A stretch of DNA of 64,000 bases from Desulfosoma sp. (lineage in GTDB: Bacteria > Desulfobacterota > Syntrophobacteria > Syntrophobacterales > DSM-9756): contig JBBFKW010000014.1 of the NCBI GenBank assembly GCA_037481835.1, forward strand, positions 32,001 to 96,000, in the 5' to 3' direction. The position numbers and the translations under genes are program-made. Positions 28,827-38,436 of the stretch are shown here, in pieces. Under the pieces are notes generated by a model. That model was given only the letters and a program-made list of their open reading frames with translations. It was not told the DNA's origin and searched no databases. The stretch's first letter is position 1, and every line of letters begins with the position of its first letter.

Positions 28827-29927
28827 ATGGACAGAAGGTCTTTCATGAAGAAGGTGGGACTGGGGACGGCAGCCGCTGCGGCCGCAACGACGGTCAACGC
28901 CCCATACGTGTGGCCGAAGGGGGAAACCTACCAATGGCGCATGGTGACCACATGGCCTCCCCAGATGCCCGTGCTTCAAACCGGAGCGGAACGGTTCGCC
29001 AAGCGCGTGGAAGAGGCCACCGAAGGGCGCCTCAAGATCCAGGTTTACGCCGGCGGCGAATTGGTTCCGCCCTTGGGGACTTTCGACGCCGTTTCCCAAG
29101 GCACCGTGGAATGCGGCAGCGGCGCCTCCTACTACTGGGCGGGCAAGACCCCGGCGGCCCAGTGGTTTTCCGCGGTTCCCTTCGGATTCAACCCCCAGGG
29201 AATCAACGCCTGGTTTTATTCCGGAGGGGGACTCAAGCTGTGGGAAGAAGTCTACGCGCCTTTCAACGTCATTCCCAGGCCGCAGGGCAACACGGGCGTC
29301 CAGATGGGCGGCTGGTTCAACAAGAAAATCGAAACCATCGACGACTTCAAAGGCCTGAAGATGCGGATCCCGGGTTTGGGCGGCAAGGTGGTGGCCAAAG
29401 CCGGGGGAACCGTGGTGCTTTTGGCCGGCGGCGAGATCTACACGTCGCTGGAACGCGGCGTCATCGACGCGACGGAATGGGTCGGGCCGTTGCACGACCT
29501 GCGCATGGGCTTCTATCAAGCCGCCAAGTACTATTACTATCCAGGCTGGCATGAACCGGGGACGACCCTGGAAGTCATTTTCAACAAGAAAGCCTACGAA
29601 TCCCTTCCCAAGGACCTGCAGGCGATCCTGGACGCCGTGGCCATGGAGACGAACCTGTGGAGCTTGTGCGAATTTGAAGCGCAAAACGGCGCGGCGTTGG
29701 AAACTCTGGTGAAGGATCACAAGGTGCAGCTGGTGCGTTTTCCCGATTCGGTCCTGGATGCCCTGCGCAAACTGTCCGAAGAAACCATCGAGGAAGAAGC
29801 GAACAAGGATCCCATGGCCCGGAAGGTTCACGACGCGTTCAAAGCCTTCAAAGCGAAGCTCGGCCCGTGGGGCACCATTTCGGAAAAGGCCTACTACGAC
29901 CTCATCGCCGCCAAGATCGGTGCCTAA
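28827..29927 (+). CDS. dctP: TRAP substrate-binding protein (DctP, TakP-like), Tat-exported
   Basis: DRRSFMK Tat signal; WRMVTTWP, GNTGVQMGGWF, GLKMRIPG, YYYYPGWHEPG. Confidence 0.92.
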   Translation: MDRRSFMKKVGLGTAAAAAATTVNAPYVWPKGETYQWRMVTTWPPQMPVLQTGAERFAKRVEEATEGRLKIQVYAGGELVPPLGTFDAVSQGTVECGSGASYYWAGKTPAAQWFSAVPFGFNPQGINAWFYSGGGLKLWEEVYAPFNVIPRPQGNTGVQMGGWFNKKIETIDDFKGLKMRIPGLGGKVVAKAGGTVVLLAGGEIYTSLERGVIDATEWVGPLHDLRMGFYQAAKYYYYPGWHEPGTTLEVIFNKKAYESLPKDLQAILDAVAMETNLWSLCEFEAQNGAALETLVKDHKVQLVRFPDSVLDALRKLSEETIEEEANKDPMARKVHDAFKAFKAKLGPWGTISEKAYYDLIAAKIGA

Positions 29928-29949
29928 CGATCGGATCGGCAAAGAACGG

Positions 29950-29982
29950 AAAACGAGCCTGCATGCGGCGGGCTCGTTTTTT
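29950..29982. terminator. Bidirectional intrinsic terminator
   Basis: AAAACGAGCCTGC-loop-GCGGGCTCGTTTTTT between converging dctP and dctM. Confidence 0.75.
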
Positions 29983-31298
29983 CAGCGAAGAAGCTTGTGC
30001 GGAAGCCACGTGGCCAAGGGGGGATAGAGAACGACGGTGAGCAGCCCCAGGAGTTGCAAGATGACGAAAGCGATGATGCCCCGGTAGATGTGCCCCGTGG
30101 TGATTTCCGGGGGCGCCACCCCCTTGAGGTAAAACAGCGAAAAGCCGAAAGGCGGCGTCATGAAGGACGTCTGTAGGTTGACGGCAAAGAGGATGGCGAA
30201 CCACAGGGGATCGAAACCCAGTTCTTTCATGATGGGCGCCAGAACCGGAATGTGGATGAAGGTGATTTCGATGAAATCCAAGAAAAATCCGATGACGAAA
30301 ACGATGCTCATGCAGATGAACAGCACACCCCATTTTCCATAAGGGATGTGGGTGAGGATGTTGCGCACCCAGTGGTCCCCTCCGAGCCCCCGGAACACCA
30401 ATCCAAAAGCCCCGGCCCCGACGAGGATGATGAACACCATGCAGGTGAGCCGCGTTGTGGTCTGCATGACCTGAAGGACCACATCCCAGGTGAGCCTCCT
30501 GTTAAAGGCGGCGAGCACCATGGCGCCCGTCGCCCCCACGGCGGCGGCTTCCGTAGGGGACGCGATCCCCGCGAAGATGGATCCGAGAACACTCACCATG
30601 AGCACCAGAGGCGGGACGAGGGCCCGCATCAAACGCCTGGAAAGCCCCGAACCGACGATTTCCCGCCATTCTTCGATGGGAATGAGAGGCGCCCAGGCGG
30701 GTTTGAGGCGCGCGACAATCATGATGTAGATGATGTAAAAGACCACGAGCACCAAGCCGGGAATAACCGCGCCGACGAAGAGATCTCCTACGGAGACGCC
30801 GATGATATCGCCCAACAAAACGAGGACAATGCTCGGCGGGATGATCTGCCCCAGGGTTCCGGAAGCGGAAATGGTTCCCGTGGCCAGTTCCGGCTGGTAG
30901 CCTCGGCGCAGCATGGTGGGAAGGCTCAACAGCCCCATGGTCACCACTGTGGCCCCGACGATGCCCGTGGACGCCCCGAGCAGAGCGCCCACGACCACCA
31001 CGGAAACGGCCAAGCCGCCTCGAAGACGGCCGAAAAGGAGCGCCATGGTCTCCAAGAGTTCTTCGGCGATTCCCGAGCGTTCCAGCATGACGCCCATGAA
31101 GACGAACAAGGGCACCGCCAGGAGCGTAAAGTTGGTGATCACACCCCAGATGCGCAGCGGCAAAAGATTGAAGAAATTCCAGCCGAAACCGTAAAGGCCG
31201 AAAAAGAGCGCCGTTCCCAAGAGGGTGAAGGCGACGGGAAAACCGAACATGAGAAGAATGGTGAGCGCAAGGAACATGAGTCCCGGCAAGGATTCCAT
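29982..31298 (-). CDS. dctM: TRAP large permease
   Basis: LLAVPLFVFMG..LERSG, SGTLGQIIPPS, NLQTSFMTPPFG. Confidence 0.93.
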   Translation of the reverse strand: MESLPGLMFLALTILLMFGFPVAFTLLGTALFFGLYGFGWNFFNLLPLRIWGVITNFTLLAVPLFVFMGVMLERSGIAEELLETMALLFGRLRGGLAVSVVVVGALLGASTGIVGATVVTMGLLSLPTMLRRGYQPELATGTISASGTLGQIIPPSIVLVLLGDIIGVSVGDLFVGAVIPGLVLVVFYIIYIMIVARLKPAWAPLIPIEEWREIVGSGLSRRLMRALVPPLVLMVSVLGSIFAGIASPTEAAAVGATGAMVLAAFNRRLTWDVVLQVMQTTTRLTCMVFIILVGAGAFGLVFRGLGGDHWVRNILTHIPYGKWGVLFICMSIVFVIGFFLDFIEITFIHIPVLAPIMKELGFDPLWFAILFAVNLQTSFMTPPFGFSLFYLKGVAPPEITTGHIYRGIIAFVILQLLGLLTVVLYPPLATWLPHKLLR

Positions 31299-31840
31299 CA
31301 GTGCCCCCCTTTCTCGGCTTGATCACGATCTGGAGATTTTCCCATGAGGACCATCAGGTTCCGGAGAGTCATGGGAATCCCTTGGATGGCCACCAGGGTG
31401 AATCCCAAGGGGATCATGGCCTTGATAACGTAGCGCGCCGGAAGACCTCCAGGGTCCGGTGAGCCCTCGTTGACGGCCCAGGAGGCGGCGACGAATTTCC
31501 ACGAGGTGGCGATGATGAGGTAGCAGCCGGGGAAGAGAAACAGGAGGCACCCAAGGAAATTGATCCAGGCCTGGGATTTGGGGGACAGGCGCTGATAGAA
31601 TACGTCCACCCGCACATGGGCGTCGTAAAGGAGCGTGTAGCCCGCGCCGATGAGAAACAGGAGGCCGAAAAGGTGCCATTCCAGTTCCTGGACGAACACG
31701 AATGTGGTCTTGAACAGGTAGCGCATGATGACGTCCACCGTCACCACCACGACCATGAGCAGCGCCACGTAGGAAACGCCGCGGCCCACGGCCCGGTTGA
31801 CGGCGTCCAGGCGGTTGCACAGCCTTTCGAGCTTTTCCAT
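31298..31840 (-). CDS. dctQ: TRAP small permease
   Basis: QELEWHLF..HVRVDVFY; four TM segments; abuts dctM. Confidence 0.92.
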   Translation of the reverse strand: MEKLERLCNRLDAVNRAVGRGVSYVALLMVVVVTVDVIMRYLFKTTFVFVQELEWHLFGLLFLIGAGYTLLYDAHVRVDVFYQRLSPKSQAWINFLGCLLFLFPGCYLIIATSWKFVAASWAVNEGSPDPGGLPARYVIKAMIPLGFTLVAIQGIPMTLRNLMVLMGKSPDRDQAEKGGH

Positions 31841-31878
31841 AGGGGATGTTTTCCTCCTTGCCGAAAGAGGGGTGACAC

Positions 31879-33642
31879 TCACCAGGCCAAAGCGCACGAT
31901 GGAAACACGGCGGCGCGGTGGCCTCGAGGATCGGCCGCGGCCACCCACACCCCGTCCCGTTCCCGAGAGACGGCGCAGATGAAACCCAAACTCCAAGGCG
32001 GTTCCACGACCACCTCATGCCCCAGGGCTTCCAGGGATCGGCGCGTGTCTTCGGGGATCCGCGACTCCACGCGCACTCGCGCCGGATAGGCGTCATGGGG
32101 ATGGAAGGTGCCGGGAAAGTGATCGGAACACACCTTGGGGGCTTCAATGGCCTGGGACACGTCCAGGCCGAAGACGACGCGGTTGAGGAAAAACTGCAGG
32201 GTCCATTGATCCTGCTGGTCCCCGCCCATGGTCCCGAAAGCCATCCACGGCGTGCCGTCGCGAAAGGCGAGAGAAGGGGTGAGGGTCGTCCGCGGGCGTT
32301 TTCGAGGGCTCAGCACGTTGGGGTGGGCGGGATCCAGGTAAAAGGTCTGCAGGCGTGTGCCCAGAGGAAACCCCAGGGAAGGGATGACCTCGTTTCCCGA
32401 AATCCAGCCGCCGCTGGGCGTCAATGCGGCCATGTTGCCAAAAGCGTCGGCCACCGCCACGTGGACCGTGCCATAGCCCCAGCCGTCCCAGCGGAAGACG
32501 GCCTCGGGCGCAAGGAGCGCCTTGCCGTTTCGGGGATCCCCGGGCCGATGGGACCGGCTGGCCCGGTTCGGGTCGATGAGACTCTGCCGGATGCGGCCGT
32601 AGGAGGGGCTCAGGAGCCCTTCCAGGGGGACGTCCACGAACCGGGGGTCCGCGTAGTATTGTTCCCGATCCGCAAAGGCCAGCTTGGCCGCTTCCACCCA
32701 CGTGTGCACGTAGGATGCGGAAAGGCGCCCCATGGCGTTGAGGTCGAAGCCTTCGAGAATCCGGAGCATCTGCAAAAAGACCGGTCCTTGAGACCAAGGA
32801 CCGCACTTGAAGACTTCCGTGTTTCCAAAGACGACGCTTACGGGCTTTTCGAACAAGGTTTCGTAGGCGGCGCAATCGGAGCGGGTGAGGAACCCGTCCC
32901 GTTCCCGCACGAACCGCTCGATTTCCGCCGCGATGTCTCCCGTGTAAAAGGCGTCTCGAGCGGCGCGGATGCCGGCCTTACGGTCCTCGCCGAAGCGACG
33001 GGCGGTTTCCATGAGAAAGTCCATGAGCCGGCCGTAGGCGGCGTTGACGAAACGAGCCCCCCGGGAGGGAGGCTTCCCGTCGGGGTCCAGATACAGGTCG
33101 GCGGACGCGCGCCATTCTTTGGAAAACAGGGCCGCGTTGTGCTCAATGCCGAATCGGGGCATGACCAAGAGGCCGTCATGGATCGGGAAGCCTTCCGCGG
33201 CCAGTTTTCGAGCCGGCCCCAGCACCTCCGGAAGCGGCATGCGGCCGTATCGGTGGAGCATATCAAGCAGGGAGGCCACGGCGGCGGGCACGCCGGCCGC
33301 AGGCATGCCCTGCGGCGGAATGAGGCGAAGCCCCCGGCTTCGATAGCTTTCCAAAGAGGCGGCCGCGGGCGCTTCCGTGTTTCCGTTGACGACCACCACG
33401 GAACGGGCCTCGGCCGCATAGAGCACCATGGGGCACTCGCCGCCCAGGGTGAACATGTGGGGGTTGACCAGAGCCTCCACGAAGGTGGCTGCGGCAGCGG
33501 CATCGAAGGCGTTGCCGCCGGCTTTCAGCACGTCCACGGCGGCTTGGGCGGACAGGTAATGCTCGGTGGCAGCGGCTCCATGAAAGCCCATGGCCGGCTG
33601 GAAATCGCAGGCCGGCCCCTCGGTATTCCCGAACGTGCGCAT
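31879..33642 (-). CDS. ggt: Gamma-glutamyltransferase family protein
   Basis: LKAGGNAFDAA, KLAFADRE, nucleophile-Thr segment GTVHVAVAD, KRPRTTLTP, GTMGGDQQDQ, AADPR. Start approximate. Confidence 0.9.
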   Translation of the reverse strand: MRTFGNTEGPACDFQPAMGFHGAAATEHYLSAQAAVDVLKAGGNAFDAAAAATFVEALVNPHMFTLGGECPMVLYAAEARSVVVVNGNTEAPAAASLESYRSRGLRLIPPQGMPAAGVPAAVASLLDMLHRYGRMPLPEVLGPARKLAAEGFPIHDGLLVMPRFGIEHNAALFSKEWRASADLYLDPDGKPPSRGARFVNAAYGRLMDFLMETARRFGEDRKAGIRAARDAFYTGDIAAEIERFVRERDGFLTRSDCAAYETLFEKPVSVVFGNTEVFKCGPWSQGPVFLQMLRILEGFDLNAMGRLSASYVHTWVEAAKLAFADREQYYADPRFVDVPLEGLLSPSYGRIRQSLIDPNRASRSHRPGDPRNGKALLAPEAVFRWDGWGYGTVHVAVADAFGNMAALTPSGGWISGNEVIPSLGFPLGTRLQTFYLDPAHPNVLSPRKRPRTTLTPSLAFRDGTPWMAFGTMGGDQQDQWTLQFFLNRVVFGLDVSQAIEAPKVCSDHFPGTFHPHDAYPARVRVESRIPEDTRRSLEALGHEVVVEPPWSLGFICAVSRERDGVWVAAADPRGHRAAVFPSCALAW

Positions 33643-34020
33643 GAAAGATCTCCCCGAAGAAAGCTCAATGGCGCAAATGGCGGTGTTTGCCCCGACGGCC
33701 CTCTTTGCCGGTTGCGGGCAAAAGGGGATCAAGAACACTGGGAGCGGCGCGGGATGAGCCGTGCGAACGGTGAGCGAAGAGGACGGACGGTGGCGTCGCG
33801 ATGGCTTGAAGAGCACGGGAACATCGGGCTCACCCTCTGAGCGCTGGCGAAACGCTCGTAGTGCCGGCTTTTTTCGGCACACCTCGGCCTGATTACTCGA
33901 ACAAGACGAAAAATTCAAGTCTGGACTCGTTCTTGTGCCGTGCCCTATACAGGAGCGAAGAAAAAGGAAAGCGCACGGCAGGGGGGAGGTTTTGTGTCGG
34001 GTTTGGGTGATGCAAAAGAG

Positions 34021-35055
34021 ATGAAGGAGGTTTTTTTCCAGGCGCCGCGGCGCACGCTGCGATCCCTCATGGAGCGCCACGGTTTCGTCGTGGGGCTCGT
34101 GATCGTCACGGCGGCCACCTTAGCGGACGGGACCGAGACCACGGTCCGCTGGGGGTTGTGGCTTAAGGCGCACCACGGGCCGGATATGGTCATCGCCGCC
34201 ATTTTCTTCATTTCCGCCCTCACCCTGAAAAGGGAAACCCTGGTCCGAGGTCTTTTGGATTTCAAGGCCTTTGCGGGGGCTCTTGTCCTGATCTTCGGCA
34301 TCGCCCCCTCATGGGCCTTCGTGCTCTCCCGATGGCCCATGGAAACGGGGCTCGCGATCGGTCTGTTTCTGGTGGCTTCCATGCCCAGCACGTTGAGCAG
34401 CGGAGTGGTCATGACGGAAACGGCGGGAGGCAATGCGGCCACGGCCCTGCTCATCACCGTCTTCGCCAACGGAGCGGGCGTCTTTGCGACGCCGCTCCTT
34501 CTCGAGGGCCTCACGGCCGGTGCGGGGCGATCCTCGGCCCTCGTTTTGGACAAGGGGGCTCTCATGGGCACCTTGGCCGTGCTGGTCCTCGTTCCATTGA
34601 GCGCGGGCATGGTGCTGCGAAGGCCGGTTTCGGCCCTCTTCCAAACCGTCAAGGGCCCGAGCCCGGGGGCAATCAACACGATTCTCGTCATCCTTGTGGT
34701 CTGGATCGCCGTGTGCGGGTCTCGGGCGACGATCATCCAGGGGTTGGCCCGTATGCCTGCCGTCCTTGTCCTGTGCGTCGTCTTCCACGGGGGCGTTCTT
34801 TTTGCGGCGTTCATCACGGTCAGGGCGTTGGGCCTTGCAGCGGGAAGACGGGAAGCCGTGATCTTCGTGGGCGGACAGAAGACCCTGCCCCTGTCGGTGC
34901 TCATCCAGACGGCGATTTTCCCCCAGTATGGGCAAGCCCTGGTCTTTTGCGTGTGCCATCATGTGCTCCATCTCATCATGGACGGCTGTGTGCTGAGTTT
35001 TCTCAAGCAGTCACGGCGCGCCGACCCAAACGGGAAGGGAAAGGGCGGACGATGA
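34021..35055 (+). CDS. Bile acid:sodium symporter (SBF-like) transporter
   Basis: MPSTLSSGVVMT..AGGN and GQKTLPL motifs; hydrophobic. Start uncertain (34021 or 34069). Confidence 0.85.
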   Translation: MKEVFFQAPRRTLRSLMERHGFVVGLVIVTAATLADGTETTVRWGLWLKAHHGPDMVIAAIFFISALTLKRETLVRGLLDFKAFAGALVLIFGIAPSWAFVLSRWPMETGLAIGLFLVASMPSTLSSGVVMTETAGGNAATALLITVFANGAGVFATPLLLEGLTAGAGRSSALVLDKGALMGTLAVLVLVPLSAGMVLRRPVSALFQTVKGPSPGAINTILVILVVWIAVCGSRATIIQGLARMPAVLVLCVVFHGGVLFAAFITVRALGLAAGRREAVIFVGGQKTLPLSVLIQTAIFPQYGQALVFCVCHHVLHLIMDGCVLSFLKQSRRADPNGKGKGGR

Positions 35056-36581
35056 AGGTCCTTTTGGATAAGGACGGTTTCACTCTGGAAGCGCTGGTCG
35101 CCGTCGCCCGTGATAAAGTCCCGGTGGAATTCAGCGACGCGGCCCGAGCGCGCATCCTCAAGGCTCGAGCCCTTGTGGATTCCTGGGTGGCCCAAGGGCG
35201 CATCATCTACGGCATCACCACAGGTTTCGGGGCTCTGAGCGACGTCTTCATTTCGGCATCGGACGTGCGCGCCCTCCAGCGCAACATCCTCATGAGCCAT
35301 GCCGCCGGGGTCGGGCCGGAACTCTCCATAGAGGAGGCCCGCGCCTTGATGGCGTTGCGCCTCAAGGATCTGGCCCGCGGCCATTCCGGCATTCGATGGG
35401 AGACGGCCGTGCGGCTGCGCGACTTTTTGAACGCCGACATCGTGCCGGTCATCCCCGAAAAGGGATCCGTCGGGGCCAGCGGCGATCTTGCGCCCATGGC
35501 CCACATGGCTTTGCCGCTCATCGGCCTGGGCGAAGTCTTCTACCGAGGCCAAAGGCTGGAGGGAGCCGAGCTGCTGCGGCGGCTCGGGTTGGAACCTTTG
35601 GAGTTGGAAGCGGGGGAGGGGCTGGCCCTGGTGAACGGAACTCAGCTCATGACGGCCTTGGGGGCTTTGGCAGTCCATGACGCCCAAAACCTCTCAAAGA
35701 CCGCCGACATCGCCGCCTCGGTGAGCCTGGAAGTGCTCATGGGCAGCCGCATGGAGTTCGATCCGAGGATCCATCGCGTGAGGCCTCACCCGGGCCAAGC
35801 CAAAGCGGCCCACAACATGCGCCGGATCACGCAGGACAGCGAAATCATTTCGTCCCACAAAGATTGTTCCCGGGTTCAAGACGCCTACACCCTGCGCTGC
35901 TCCCCACAGGTGCACGGCGCCTCCAAGGACGCCATCGCCTATTGCCGGGAGGTGCTGGAAAGGGAAATGAACGCATCGACCAACAATCCCCTGATTTTCG
36001 CCGACTCGGGAGAATTCCTCCTGGGCGGGAACTTCCACGGCCAGCCGGTGGCCTTGGCCCTGGATTTTCTGGGGATCGCTTTGGCCGAATTGGCGGACAT
36101 TTCAGAACGACGGGTGGAAAGGCTGGTCAATCCCCAGTTGAGCGGCCTGCCGGCGTTTCTGGTTCCCCAAGGCGGGCTCCATTCCGGCTTCATGATCGCC
36201 CAATACACGGCGGCGGCCCTGGTTTCGGAAAACAAGACCCTGGCCCATCCGGCCTCGGTGGATTCCATTCCCACGTCGGCCAACAAGGAAGATCACGTGA
36301 GCATGGGGACTTTCGCGGCCCGCAAGTGCCGGGATATATTGCGAAACGTGGAGACCGTGCTGGCCATCGAACTTCTGTGCGGCGCCCAGGCCCTAGACCT
36401 CTTCACCAACATGAAGCCCGGAACGGGAACCCTGGCGGCGTACCGGTGCATTCGCCGCAGGATTCCCCATCTGGAAAAAGACCGGGTGCTCGCCCCAGAC
36501 ATCCGCGCCATGACGGACCTGATCCGCTCCGGGGATCTGGTGCGGGCGGTGGAGGCGGAAGTGGGCGCCTTACACCCGTGA
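35052..36581 (+). CDS. hutH: Histidine ammonia-lyase
   Basis: YGITTGFG, LMSHAAG, MIO motif GSVGASGDLAP, QDAYTLRC.PQVHG, GGNFHGQP, SANKEDHVSM. Confidence 0.95.
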   Translation: MKVLLDKDGFTLEALVAVARDKVPVEFSDAARARILKARALVDSWVAQGRIIYGITTGFGALSDVFISASDVRALQRNILMSHAAGVGPELSIEEARALMALRLKDLARGHSGIRWETAVRLRDFLNADIVPVIPEKGSVGASGDLAPMAHMALPLIGLGEVFYRGQRLEGAELLRRLGLEPLELEAGEGLALVNGTQLMTALGALAVHDAQNLSKTADIAASVSLEVLMGSRMEFDPRIHRVRPHPGQAKAAHNMRRITQDSEIISSHKDCSRVQDAYTLRCSPQVHGASKDAIAYCREVLEREMNASTNNPLIFADSGEFLLGGNFHGQPVALALDFLGIALAELADISERRVERLVNPQLSGLPAFLVPQGGLHSGFMIAQYTAAALVSENKTLAHPASVDSIPTSANKEDHVSMGTFAARKCRDILRNVETVLAIELLCGAQALDLFTNMKPGTGTLAAYRCIRRRIPHLEKDRVLAPDIRAMTDLIRSGDLVRAVEAEVGALHP

Positions 36582-37499
36582 GGCCCCTTTCGAAACGGGC
36601 ACGCCGAGCACCTCGGCCAAGGCCGCTTCGATGTCCGGATACTGAAATGTGTAGCCGTGGCGCAGGAGCACGGCGGGGAAGACCCGCTGCCCTTCCAGGA
36701 GCACCGAGCCGAATTCGCCCAGCGCAAGCTTGATGGCGAAGGCGGGGGTTTTGAGAAAACTCGGCCGATGGAGGAGTTTTCCGAGAACATGGGCCAGGGT
36801 TTCGTTCCGCACGGGGTTGGGGGCGCAGAAGTTGACCGGACCTTCCACGGCGTCCTTTCCCATGATGAAGAGCATGGCGCCGATGAGATCCTCCATGTGA
36901 ATCCAGGAAAACCACTGACGGCCATCCCCCAGAGGCCCGCCCACAAACCGCTTGAAAGCCGGGATCATCTGCCCGAGGGCCCCGCCCGTTTTGCCGAGCA
37001 CGATGCCGAAGCGCATGCAGACGACGCGCGCTCCTTTGGACCGGGCCGCGGACGCCGCCGCCTCCCAATCCACGCACAGGGATGCCAGGAAATCGGATCC
37101 GGGTGGTTCGTCTTCCGTGAGGCTGGCGTCGCCTCGGGAACCGTAATAGCCCACGGCCGAGGTGCTCAGGAGCGTGACGGACGTCCCTTGGGGGATGGCG
37201 TTAACGAGATTGCGGGTGGTGAGGATTCGGGAGTTGTAGATGATTTCCTTGGACTTGGCGGTCCAGCGCCGGAAGATGGAAGCGCCGGCCAGGTTGATGA
37301 TCATGTCCTGGTCCGCAACGGCCTCCTGCCAGGGCCCCGGTTGGGTGGTATCGGCCGAAAGGTAGCGCACCTCGGAAGGCAGGGAAGGGCTCGGGTGCGG
37401 GGCCTGAGCGATGCCCGTCACCTGCCGGCCGAGATCGACGAGTCGACGGCACAACTGGGTGCCCACAAAGCCTGAAGCTCCAGTGACGAGAACCTTCAT
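36570..37499 (-). CDS. TIGR01777-family NAD-dependent epimerase (YfcH-like)
   Basis: VTGASGFVG, INLAGA..RRWT, SAVGYYG, GGPLGDGRQWFSWIH. Confidence 0.92.
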   Translation of the reverse strand: MKVLVTGASGFVGTQLCRRLVDLGRQVTGIAQAPHPSPSLPSEVRYLSADTTQPGPWQEAVADQDMIINLAGASIFRRWTAKSKEIIYNSRILTTRNLVNAIPQGTSVTLLSTSAVGYYGSRGDASLTEDEPPGSDFLASLCVDWEAAASAARSKGARVVCMRFGIVLGKTGGALGQMIPAFKRFVGGPLGDGRQWFSWIHMEDLIGAMLFIMGKDAVEGPVNFCAPNPVRNETLAHVLGKLLHRPSFLKTPAFAIKLALGEFGSVLLEGQRVFPAVLLRHGYTFQYPDIEAALAEVLGVPVSKGASRV

Positions 37500-37614
37500 G
37501 GCGCGCTCCTTTTTGATGGGGATTTGCCCGGGACGACTCCACGTGTCCACGCCGTCCACCATAACCCGAAAAACGCGGGACTCCAAGACGGAGAGCCCGC
37601 ATGGCACAGGGCAT

Positions 37615-37645
37615 AAAAAAACCCGCCGCGGCCGCGGCGGGTTTT
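37615..37645 (-). terminator. Intrinsic terminator after the small Cys-rich gene
   Basis: Perfect palindrome AAAACCCGCCGCGGCCGCGGCGGGTTTT with a 7-nt T tract on the minus strand. Confidence 0.75.
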
Positions 37646-37663
37646 GAATGGCATCTTAAGCCC

Positions 37664-37846
37664 CTATTGGAAGTACGCGCACTTTTCGCACGTAAAGCCG
37701 CTCCACATGCCCTTGGCGGCCTTGTCCAAGCAATCGTCGTAATGCATGCAGTCGAAATTTCGCAGCCCTTTACCTTCCTTGCATTTTACAGGGTTGGGGA
37801 TCGGTTGGGGAGCGGAAGGAGCGCATCGTTGGGATGCCTGTCGCAT
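37664..37846 (-). CDS. Small Cys-rich hypothetical protein (60 aa)
   Basis: Strong RBS AGGAGGT, own terminator, C-x5-C...W..F.C-x2-C pattern. Confidence 0.7.
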   Translation of the reverse strand: MRQASQRCAPSAPQPIPNPVKCKEGKGLRNFDCMHYDDCLDKAAKGMWSGFTCEKCAYFQ

Positions 37847-38436
37847 GATCAGGACCTCCTGTCATCCCTCGGGTCGATTTCGGAGTTCATCGGACCTTGC
37901 CAAAACAACGTGAGTGGTGCTCACCTCCCAGTGGATCGCTTGCACAGCATTCCCAAGAGAAGAAACCCTGCGGCGGCAATGGCCCAGCACGCCATGTCCA
38001 TAAAAGATCCTCCATCTTCACGGCAAAAATGAAGCCCTCTGCGAGGGCGGGGGTAAATAACCTAGGCCAAAGGGGACGTCAAGAACTTTTTGAAGGTCTC
38101 GGAGGGGTCCAAACATTTTTTGTGTCATGCCGTGCAATCCCATGCCCGTGCGGCCCGGTCTGTGACACGACGCTTCAACGCTCCCTTCTACACAATCTCG
38201 GCTGGAGCAGTCAAAGAAAAAATCGCGCGCCGGGACGCCCACGAGCGCTGCGGCGGTTCGGGCGAGTTTCCCCGTCCGCGCGGGCCCTTTGGGCGGAGTG
38301 GCCGTCGGCTCAACAATGCTTTGCATTGACGGCTCGCCCAAAATGGGTCATGAAACAGCCTGGGTTGAGCCGGACCGTAGCCTGTTGCGGCGGGAAGCGT
38401 GTTCATGGGCAAAGCTTCACGGACGAGGGAGGCTCC

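Noticed and set aside
37850..38430. Riboswitch or sigma54 promoter in the long intergenic region
   Set aside because: No full c-di-GMP, cobalamin, TPP or SAM consensus and no properly spaced TGGCAC-N5-TTGC found by eye; needs an Infernal scan.
37897..38436. Long N-terminal extensions in the ORF track (tolC, hutH, ggt, tetR, nuoL, archease)
   Set aside because: Homology motifs and RBSs begin at downstream starts; the extensions are low-complexity or overlap other genes.
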